Source: Copranaerobaculum intestinale
GTDB taxonomy: Bacteria; Bacillota_I; Bacilli_A; Erysipelotrichales; Erysipelotrichaceae
DNA length: 32,000 bases
NCBI RefSeq assembly: GCF_009831105.1
Contig: NZ_WUUQ01000001.1
Span: 390,001 to 422,000 of the forward strand
Reading direction: 5' to 3'
Shown: positions 25,080 to 32,000 of the stretch, one piece after another
How the letters are laid out: each line of letters begins with the position of its first letter
How positions within the stretch are numbered: the stretch's first letter is position 1
Notes under the pieces: model-generated
Database searches by the model: none
The model's input: only the letters and a program-made list of their open reading frames with translations
What the model was told of the DNA's origin: nothing
Program-made: the position numbers and the translations under genes

Positions 25080-26375
25080 ATGATCGATCGTTATGCAAGA
25101 AAAGAAATGCAGGCTATATGGAGTGAGGAAAATCGTTTTCAGGCTTGGCTGAAAGTAGAGTTGCTGGCATGTGAAGCATGGTCCATGCTCGGCGAGATTC
25201 CCAAAGAAGATGTGAAAAAATTGTGGGAGCGCGCCGACTTTGACATCGACCGAATTTATGAAATTGAGCAGGAAACACATCACGATGTAGTGGCATTTAC
25301 CAGAGCTGTTTCAGAAACACTGGGCGAAGAAAAGAAATGGGTGCATTTCGGCTTAACCAGTACCGATGTGGTAGATACCGCTTACGGCTATTTATACAAA
25401 CAGGCGAATGAACTGTTATTGAAAGATTTAAAGCGATTTATCGAAATTTTGAAGAAACAGGCACTCCGTTATAAAGATACGATCATGATGGGGCGCACCC
25501 ATGGTGTACATGCGGAAATTACGACCTTCGGCTTGAAATTTGCCTTATGGTATGATGAGATGCAGCGTAATCTGCATCGGTTCAAAGAAGCCGCATCGGT
25601 GATCGAGGCGGGAAAGATTTCCGGCGCAGTCGGTACCTTTGCGAATACACCTCCATATGTCCAGGATTATGTATGTGAGAAGCTAGGAATCACCAGTTCG
25701 AATATATCGACGCAGACGCTGCAGCGTGACCGTCATGCACAGTATTTTTCCACACTGGCACTGATTGCGACCTCGATTGAAAAGATGGCAACCGAAATCC
25801 GCCATTTACAGCGTACCGAAGTACGGGAGGTAGAAGAACGTTTCCGCAAGGGGCAAAAAGGTTCCAGCGCGATGCCGCATAAACGCAATCCGATCGGGTC
25901 GGAAAATATGTGCGGATGTGCCCGGGTGATGCGCGGGTATATGATGACCAGCTATGAGGATGTGGCGCTGTGGCATGAGCGGGATATTTCTCACTCCAGT
26001 GCGGAACGGATCATCGCACCGGATGCGACTGAGCTGTTGGATTACATGTTGAACCGTTTTGCCAACATCCTGGAGAATTTAACTGTTTTTGAGGATAACA
26101 TGCTGGCAAATGTTTATAAAACCTATGGGGTGATTTTCTCTCAGCGCTTTATGCTGAAGCTGATCGAAAAAGGCTTGTCACGTGAGGAAGCATACGATTT
26201 GGTACAGCCGAATGCGATTCGTTCGTGGGAAGAAAAAACTGATTTTAAAGGTCTTATGGAAGCGAACGAGACAGTCCGCGCCAAGTTAACTCAAGAAGAA
26301 ATAGACGACTGTTTTAATCCAATGCATCATGTGAAAAATGTCGATGAAATATTTCATCGCGTTCATATATTATAG
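25080..26375 (+). CDS. purB: Adenylosuccinate lyase
   Basis: 431 aa with the fumarate-lyase signature [11 protein letters not shown] and the N-terminus [10 protein letters not shown] typical of PurB. Confidence 0.95.
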   Translation: MIDRYARKEMQAIWSEENRFQAWLKVELLACEAWSMLGEIPKEDVKKLWERADFDIDRIYEIEQETHHDVVAFTRAVSETLGEEKKWVHFGLTSTDVVDTAYGYLYKQANELLLKDLKRFIEILKKQALRYKDTIMMGRTHGVHAEITTFGLKFALWYDEMQRNLHRFKEAASVIEAGKISGAVGTFANTPPYVQDYVCEKLGITSSNISTQTLQRDRHAQYFSTLALIATSIEKMATEIRHLQRTEVREVEERFRKGQKGSSAMPHKRNPIGSENMCGCARVMRGYMMTSYEDVALWHERDISHSSAERIIAPDATELLDYMLNRFANILENLTVFEDNMLANVYKTYGVIFSQRFMLKLIEKGLSREEAYDLVQPNAIRSWEEKTDFKGLMEANETVRAKLTQEEIDDCFNPMHHVKNVDEIFHRVHIL

Positions 26376-26387
26376 GAGGAACAGGCT

Positions 26388-28058
26388 ATGTATAAGACCG
26401 ATTTAGAAATCGCTCAGGCATGTAAAATGCAAAACATCAGTGAAGTCGCAAAACGAATCGAGATTGAGGAAGATGATCTTGAACATTATGGAAAATACAA
26501 GGCAAAGCTGTCTTTGGATATTTTAAAGAAGCGTGAATCACAGCCGGATGGAAAACTGATTCTGGTGACGGCAATCAATCCGACCAAAGCCGGTGAAGGG
26601 AAGTCCACTACAACGGTGGGACTTGGCGACGCTTTAAACCGGATCAATAAGAAAACCGTGATCGCGCTGCGGGAGCCTTCTTTGGGTCCGGTGTTTGGAC
26701 TGAAAGGCGGTGCTGCCGGAGGCGGTTATGCACAGGTTGTGCCAATGGAAGATTTGAATTTGCACTTCACCGGAGATATGCATGCGATCACAACCGCTAA
26801 TAATTTAATTTCCGCTTGTATTGACAATCACATCCATCAGGGAAATGAGCTTCAGATCGATCTGGAAAAGATCACATGGAAACGTTGCCTGGATATGAAT
26901 GATCGGGCGCTGCGCCAGATTGAAGTCGGTTTAGGACCGAAAAGCAATGGCGTAGAACGCAAAGATGGATTCAATATTACAGTTGCCAGTGAAGTCATGG
27001 CGGTGCTTTGTTTATCCACCTCTTTGATGGATTTAAAACAGCGCTTGGGCAGTATGCTGATCGCTTATAATACTGCAGGGGAACCTCTGTATGTACGCGA
27101 TCTGAAAATTGAGGGTGCGTTGGCCATGGTCATGAAGGATGCGGTGAAGCCAAACTTGGTACAAACGCTGGAGCATAATCCGGTCATTGTACACGGCGGT
27201 CCATTTGCGAACATCGCCCATGGATGCAATTCGATTCTTGCGACAAAGACCGCATTGAAGCTTGGTGATTATGTTGTTACCGAAGCTGGGTTCGGTGCCG
27301 ATTTAGGCGCTGAGAAATTTCTGGATATCAAATGCCGGTTTGCCGGTCTGAAACCTAATGCAGTTGTAATCGTAGCGACGATAAGAGCCTTGAAACAGCA
27401 TGGCGGTGTAGCATTTGATGATCTGAAACAGGAAAATGTAGAAGCGATGCTGAATGGCTGTGCTAACCTTGCGAAGCACATTGATACGGTAAAGCATTTC
27501 GGACTGCCTTATGTTGTCGCAATCAATGAATTTGTCAGTGATACCGCGGCTGAGGTGATGGCACTGGAAAACTGGTGTGAAGAAAATCATCATCCGATGG
27601 CACTTTCTCAGGTTTGGGAAAAAGGCGGAGCCGGCGGTATTGCCCTGGCTGAGAAAATTGTTGAGGTTTGTGAGCAGCCGAATCAATATCATCCAATCTA
27701 TGAAGTGGAAGCTTCGATCGAAGATAAAATTGCGGTAATTGCGAAAACTTGTTATGGGGCGGCTCATGTTGAATACAGTGAGCTTGCGAAAGCACAGATT
27801 GCCACATATAACCGACTAGGGTGGAATAAAACACCGATTTGCATGGCAAAGACACCAACCTCCCTGACTGATCAGGATAAGATTTACGGAGCGCCTAAGG
27901 ATTTCACAATCACGGTGAGAGAATTCCGGCCATCGCTGGGAGCCGGCTTCATCGTAGCACTGACGGGCAATGTTTTGACAATGCCGGGATTGCCGAAGGC
28001 ACCGGCTGCGCTTAAGATGGATATTGATGAGGCAGGGAATATCAAAGGATTATTCTAA
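26388..28058 (+). CDS. fhs: Formate-tetrahydrofolate ligase
   Basis: 556 aa. Motifs [15 protein letters not shown] and [20 protein letters not shown] are characteristic of FTHFS. Confidence 0.95.
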   Translation: MYKTDLEIAQACKMQNISEVAKRIEIEEDDLEHYGKYKAKLSLDILKKRESQPDGKLILVTAINPTKAGEGKSTTTVGLGDALNRINKKTVIALREPSLGPVFGLKGGAAGGGYAQVVPMEDLNLHFTGDMHAITTANNLISACIDNHIHQGNELQIDLEKITWKRCLDMNDRALRQIEVGLGPKSNGVERKDGFNITVASEVMAVLCLSTSLMDLKQRLGSMLIAYNTAGEPLYVRDLKIEGALAMVMKDAVKPNLVQTLEHNPVIVHGGPFANIAHGCNSILATKTALKLGDYVVTEAGFGADLGAEKFLDIKCRFAGLKPNAVVIVATIRALKQHGGVAFDDLKQENVEAMLNGCANLAKHIDTVKHFGLPYVVAINEFVSDTAAEVMALENWCEENHHPMALSQVWEKGGAGGIALAEKIVEVCEQPNQYHPIYEVEASIEDKIAVIAKTCYGAAHVEYSELAKAQIATYNRLGWNKTPICMAKTPTSLTDQDKIYGAPKDFTITVREFRPSLGAGFIVALTGNVLTMPGLPKAPAALKMDIDEAGNIKGLF

Positions 28059-28082
28059 GAAGCGGTTTTTCGCTTCTTTTTT
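28059..28082 (+). terminator. Intrinsic terminator after fhs
   Basis: GAAGCG pairs with CGCTTC across a 6-nt loop, then TTTTTT. Confidence 0.85.
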
Positions 28083-28284
28083 AGATAAAAAATATATGAT
28101 ATTATGAAGAAGTAATTGGTGAATGTTCAAGCATAAGGAAGAACAGATACAGATATCGATTACGAGAATCGAGAAGTGATGAACAGCAGTATGCAGTGAA
28201 CGAAGGATACTAAGGTACTGGATATCCGCTATTATGAGTGCTGGAATCATGAAAACCATGTAGAAGTATAAAAGGAGAAACACG

Positions 28285-29076
28285 ATGGATTATATACAAG
28301 GAAATAAGGAGGCTTGGGAAGAGGCCTTTGAACATCGTCACGAGGGTTGGGGTGAAGAAAATGCGCAGCGTTTATTAACCGAAGAACTGCCGTTCTTTCA
28401 GAATGACATGATAACTGAATTGAAAAAGCTGGAATTTAAAAATAAAACCGTTGCCCAGTTCTGTTGTAACAACGGCCGGGAGCTTTTGTCGCTGATGCAG
28501 CTTGGAGTGAAGCAGGGATATGGATTTGATATTGCGGAAAATATCATTCAGCAGGCGCGTGATACAGCTGACCAGGCAGGTATCAAAAATTGTGAATTTC
28601 AGGCATGTAGTATTTTGGATATTCCAGAAGCTTATCATAATAAATTTGATTATGTTTTATTTACGATCGGTGCGATTACCTGGTTTGAGGATTTGAATCT
28701 GCTGTTTGAAAAAACAGCGAAATGTTTGAAGCCGGGTGGATTGCTGATAATTCATGATTTTCATCCGATCATGAATAGCTTGCCGATGCCGGGTGAACCT
28801 GAATTTGATCAAAATCATCTGGACCGTTTTGTATACTCGTATTTTCGTAAGGAGCCTTGGATTGAAAATGAAGGGATGGGCTATATGTCAAAGACGTACA
28901 CATCCAAGACGTTCATCAGCTTTACACACACGATGTCTGCGATCATGAATGCTGTCAGCGATGTAGGTATGTATGTAACAAAGCTGAATGAATATGACTA
29001 TGATATAGGTTTAACTGATGTATATGACGGATGCGGCTTACCGCTGTCCTATCTGCTGTTTGCGAAAAAAGCATAA
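28285..29076 (+). CDS. Class I SAM-dependent methyltransferase
   Basis: 263 aa. Motif I-like region (AQFCCNNGRELL) and post-I acidic residue (GFDIAE), plus LKPGGLLIIHDFHP. AAGGAG SD. Confidence 0.8.
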   Translation: MDYIQGNKEAWEEAFEHRHEGWGEENAQRLLTEELPFFQNDMITELKKLEFKNKTVAQFCCNNGRELLSLMQLGVKQGYGFDIAENIIQQARDTADQAGIKNCEFQACSILDIPEAYHNKFDYVLFTIGAITWFEDLNLLFEKTAKCLKPGGLLIIHDFHPIMNSLPMPGEPEFDQNHLDRFVYSYFRKEPWIENEGMGYMSKTYTSKTFISFTHTMSAIMNAVSDVGMYVTKLNEYDYDIGLTDVYDGCGLPLSYLLFAKKA

Positions 29077-29090
29077 GTAAATGTAATCAA

Positions 29091-29127
29091 AAACTCTGTA
29101 CGCTGCACGCGGCAGAGTTTTTCTTTT
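29091..29127 (+). terminator. Intrinsic terminator after the methyltransferase gene
   Basis: AAACTCTG (29091-29098) pairs with CAGAGTTT (29113-29120), then a T-rich tail. Confidence 0.7.
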
Positions 29128-29321
29128 GGATCAAAGAAAGGAGAAGCAAGTGTTCTCAATTACCTATCTTGAAGCGATCGTACGCGGGGACGGAACCGGT
29201 TTTGCTTAAAGCTAATGTGAAAAAAATAAAAATTAACAGAAACCTCTTTACAATAAAACAATGTTATGTTATATAATATACATGAAGAACAAAACATTGT
29301 TCTATAAAGGAGAAAGATCAT

Positions 29322-29447
29322 ATGAAAAAAGGAAATACTGCCAAGTCGGCAGAACATGTATATAACACAAAAAAGCTTCATGATCAGATTTGGAAAGAAC
29401 AGCTGCATTATTCTCATGGACTTAGCACGCTGTACCTTCCTCGATAG
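29322..29447 (+). CDS. Unannotated 41-aa ORF directly abutting the ABC exporter gene
   Basis: Hand-translated: MKKGNTAKSAEHVYNTKKLHDQIWKEQLHYSHGLSTLYLPR, stop TAG at 29445-29447. AAAGGAGA SD lies 8 nt upstream. Promoter-like TTTACA (29246-29251) and TATAAT (29271-29276) are upstream. Below the ORF-track size cutoff. Confidence 0.45.
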   Translation: MKKGNTAKSAEHVYNTKKLHDQIWKEQLHYSHGLSTLYLPR

Positions 29448-29456
29448 GTGAGCAAT

Positions 29457-31073
29457 ATGCAATATTACATTTACCGTCATAAGCTGCCCTTATTGATCAG
29501 CAGTTTGTGCTACCTTGTATCTGCCGGGCTGGAAGTTTTATTTGCCTTTTATTTAGGTGACATGATCGACTATATATTAAAAGGACAGGAAGCTAATTTG
29601 TACTGGGCCTCCCTGCAGGTAGTGCTGGCAGTTGTCGGTACCCTGCTTACACTGATCATCGCTACCTATACGAAACGTGTGTTTGTGGAGAAAGTGATGA
29701 CTCATGTGAAGAAAGATATAGCCGCTAAGCTCTTTCGTGTTCCATATGCGGCCTTTGAAGCAGAAGATAATGCTTACTATTTGAATCTCTTGTCTAATGA
29801 TATGAATCTTTTGGATGATGAGTACTTGAAATATATGACGATGATTGCGATGCATGCTTCACAGTTTATTTTAGCCTTAGGGGCACTGCTTTCTATTAAT
29901 GTATTTTTAACGATTTGCTTTGCCCTGCTTCTGCTTCTTCCGATCTCTGTTCCAATGTTATTCTCAAAGCGGCTTCAGCGTAATAAAGAACATTTGAGTG
30001 AAGATAATGAAGCTTATACATTTTGTGTAAAGGAAATGATTGAAGGCTATGAATGTATCCGTACCAATAATATTGCGGCAAAATTTTTAAACCGCTTTGA
30101 TCGTGATACCAAACAGCGAGAAGCGAGCCGACGTCGTTCAACTGCGCTGGAAATGAACAGCTTTAATACTTCCGGAATGCTGGGCGCCATATCCCAATGT
30201 CTTTGCTTTCTGATTGGGGGTCTCTTGGTTATCCGCGGCGAGCTGACAGCGGGTATGCTGATGACAGCCGTTCAGCTGCTGAATTATGTAGTAAATCCGA
30301 TTGCCAGCTTTTCCGAAATACTCACTTATATGAAAGGTGCAAAACCGATCATTGATAAAGTACAGACGTTCCTGCATCAAAATGAGGAGCGTGAAGACAA
30401 GCAGCAGTCTCTGGATCTGGCCGATGAATGGAATCTCTCTTATCAAAATGTGTCTTTCGGATATACCGAACGGCCGGTCATTGAAAACTTTAGTGATACC
30501 TTCAGTGCCGGTCAGAAATATGCCATCATCGGCACCAGCGGCTGCGGTAAATCAACCGTTACTCGTCTGCTGATGCAGTATTATCAAGATTATCAAGGAA
30601 CCATTCAAATCGGTCATCAGTCAGCTTCCAGAATTCGTAAGCAGGATATCTATGATCTGATTTCAGTTGTTCACCAGAATACCTTTATTTTCAATGACAC
30701 AATTTTAAACAATATCACAATGTACCGTGATTATGATGAACAGCTGGTACAGAGCGTGATTGATAAAGTAAATTTGACAGAACTCATGAAGGCCCATGGC
30801 AATGAACCGATCGGGGATTTCGGACGAAGCATTTCCGGAGGTGAAAAGCAGCGCATTGCGATTGCCCGCGCCTTACTGAAGCAGTCCAGAGTGATTATCT
30901 TTGATGAAGCATGTGCTTCTCTTGATCCCAATAATGCACATATGATCAATGATCTAATCTTCTCATTGCAGGATATTCTGTGTATTGTGGTAACCCATGA
31001 CTGGACACCGGCATTCCTTGAGCGTTTCCATCGAGTGATAAAGATGGATCAGGCTTGTCAGTCCATTGCGTAA
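29457..31073 (+). CDS. ABC exporter, fused transmembrane and ATP-binding domains (MsbA/MdlB-like half transporter)
   Basis: Six-TM N-terminal half. NBD with Walker A GTSGCGKST, signature SGGEKQR, Walker B VIIFDEA and H-loop VTHD. ATG 29457 lies 5 nt after AGGTGA; GTG 29448 is also possible. Confidence 0.9.
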   Translation: MQYYIYRHKLPLLISSLCYLVSAGLEVLFAFYLGDMIDYILKGQEANLYWASLQVVLAVVGTLLTLIIATYTKRVFVEKVMTHVKKDIAAKLFRVPYAAFEAEDNAYYLNLLSNDMNLLDDEYLKYMTMIAMHASQFILALGALLSINVFLTICFALLLLLPISVPMLFSKRLQRNKEHLSEDNEAYTFCVKEMIEGYECIRTNNIAAKFLNRFDRDTKQREASRRRSTALEMNSFNTSGMLGAISQCLCFLIGGLLVIRGELTAGMLMTAVQLLNYVVNPIASFSEILTYMKGAKPIIDKVQTFLHQNEEREDKQQSLDLADEWNLSYQNVSFGYTERPVIENFSDTFSAGQKYAIIGTSGCGKSTVTRLLMQYYQDYQGTIQIGHQSASRIRKQDIYDLISVVHQNTFIFNDTILNNITMYRDYDEQLVQSVIDKVNLTELMKAHGNEPIGDFGRSISGGEKQRIAIARALLKQSRVIIFDEACASLDPNNAHMINDLIFSLQDILCIVVTHDWTPAFLERFHRVIKMDQACQSIA

Positions 31074-31078
31074 AGAGA

Positions 31079-31100
31079 AAGCGGCGCTGCCGCTTTTTTT
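31079..31100 (+). terminator. Intrinsic terminator after the ABC exporter
   Basis: AAGCGGC pairs with GCCGCTT across a 3-nt loop, then a T7 run. Confidence 0.85.
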
Positions 31101-31160
31101 ATGCGGAGGCAGACAGAAAGCAGAACTTTGTAGTATAATGATAAACAGGAGCGTGGTAGT

Positions 31161-31469
31161 GTGCCGAAAATTATGAAGTGTCCGTCCTGCGGATCAGATA
31201 TCAAAGCTTCTTTTGTCAAAGGCGCAGTCCATCTTCGCTGTAAAAACTGTGAAGCAAAGTATGAAATGACCCAGAGCAGTGTGAAAAAGCATATGGCTGT
31301 ACCGCTGCTTTCGGTAGGAATCAGCGTTGCTCTCAGCATGCAGATCTTTCCCCGTGATAATATCGATTTGAAATTTTTGTTTATCGTTGGTCTGTCCTTT
31401 CTGCTGGCGATGATCGCGGATTGTCTGCTGGTACGGTTTGGTATCATCACATATGAAAAAGAGAATTGA
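31161..31469 (+). CDS. Small zinc-ribbon membrane protein
   Basis: CPSCG...CKNC pair of CxxC motifs followed by two hydrophobic segments. GTG 31161 or ATG 31173 start. Confidence 0.6.
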   Translation: MPKIMKCPSCGSDIKASFVKGAVHLRCKNCEAKYEMTQSSVKKHMAVPLLSVGISVALSMQIFPRDNIDLKFLFIVGLSFLLAMIADCLLVRFGIITYEKEN

Positions 31470-31477
31470 GGTGCTTT

Positions 31478-32000
31478 ATGGAAAATTCAGGAATTGATAA
31501 CTATACATGGAAAGAGATTCTGACGATCTTCTTTAAACAGCGTTCTCGTCATTATGAAAAAGAGGGACGCTATTTTATCTCAAGAGTAACTTATAAAGAT
31601 ATCGGAAAACGTTTTGTCAGTGTACTGATCGACTGTTCCGTGATGTTTTTTCCGATCTATCTGTGGCTGATTGTCGTTTTATTGATTTTTTCTGATATTC
31701 TTCCGGCTTCCCTTTTGCCGGTCGTACAGATTATCGAGCTGGGTCTGATGATTGTATCCCTGCTGTTTTTCTATCCGCTGATGGTGGTGAAAATGAACGG
31801 TGAATCACTTGGTCGATATATGTGTAATTTTAAAATTGTGCGTAGAGATGGTCATGAAGCCAGCGGTAAAGTCCTCTATCTGCGTGAGGCAATCGGTAAA
31901 GGCCTTCCGATCTTTGTTTTGAGTATACTGCTGGGAGCGCTTGGTGTGTTCATCTGGCCTGCAGTTAATCTGCTGGTTATGCTGGTCGATCCCAATCATC
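31478..32000 (+). CDS. RDD-family membrane protein, 5' part (runs off the window end)
   Basis: Open frame from ATG 31478 (GAGGTG SD) to the window edge, so it is not in the ORF track. KRFVSVLIDCSVMFFP and GRYMCNFKIVRRDG flank TM segments, the usual RDD-domain arrangement. Confidence 0.7.
   Translation, partial: MENSGIDNYTWKEILTIFFKQRSRHYEKEGRYFISRVTYKDIGKRFVSVLIDCSVMFFPIYLWLIVVLLIFSDILPASLLPVVQIIELGLMIVSLLFFYPLMVVKMNGESLGRYMCNFKIVRRDGHEASGKVLYLREAIGKGLPIFVLSILLGALGVFIWPAVNLLVMLVDPNH

Noticed and set aside
28050-28283. 77-aa minus-strand ORF between fhs and the methyltransferase gene
   Set aside because: It runs through the fhs terminator hairpin and ends overlapping the fhs stop. It has no SD, and its hydrophobic look comes from AT/T-rich sequence.
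28083-28284. ~200-nt purine-rich leader upstream of the SAM-dependent methyltransferase; looked for a SAM riboswitch or leader peptide
   Set aside because: No SAM-I/II/III conserved cores were seen. There are only short, weak hairpins (TCGATT/AATCGA) and tiny ORFs without SDs. Nothing supportable.
1-32000. Scan for CRISPR arrays, tRNA/rRNA genes, IS elements, integrases, toxin-antitoxin pairs, defence systems and long repeats
   Set aside because: None were recognised by eye on either strand. All large ORFs are explained by housekeeping, signalling or transporter genes. This was a visual scan only; tRNAscan, cmscan, ISfinder and DefenseFinder would be needed to be definitive.

Overview
The window looks like a core chromosomal segment of a low-GC Gram-positive bacterium (Bacillota). 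A DUF1934-like gene, then rpoE (RNA polymerase delta subunit), then fba, points to the Bacilli/Erysipelotrichia lineage; that placement is inference only, since no database search was possible. About 29 protein genes are supported. The housekeeping genes are miaA, a class A PBP, rpoE, fba, map, and purD-purB-fhs behind a guanine-type purine riboswitch. Signal-transduction genes are dense: two OmpR-type two-component systems, one agr-like HPK10/LytTR system, and a membrane GGDEF cyclase. There are also two ABC transporter loci and several small or uncharacterised membrane proteins. I saw no rRNA, tRNA, CRISPR array, transposase, integrase or phage genes. Nothing here is clearly a new multi-gene system. 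The best candidate for undescribed biology lies just downstream of the orphan agr-like two-component system (21239-23273). There, tandem 9-bp direct repeats abut a near-consensus promoter, which would drive a terminator-bounded ~270-nt transcript (23349-23618). That transcript has a 5' hairpin, an exposed UCCC/anti-SD loop and only a weak 32-codon ORF, so it resembles an RNAIII-style effector RNA. Other items not in the ORF track:
- A 44-aa membrane micro-ORF heads the first two-component operon.
- A TAAAGAAT-N3-TAAAGAAT activator-type site sits at the divergent ABC promoter.
- A 41-aa ORF abuts an ABC exporter gene.
- A promoter plus intrinsic terminator cassette lies upstream of an AT-rich lipoprotein gene.
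- A Tim44-like/zinc-ribbon gene is frameshifted.
All functional calls rest on motif recognition by eye, and all coordinates were hand-indexed.
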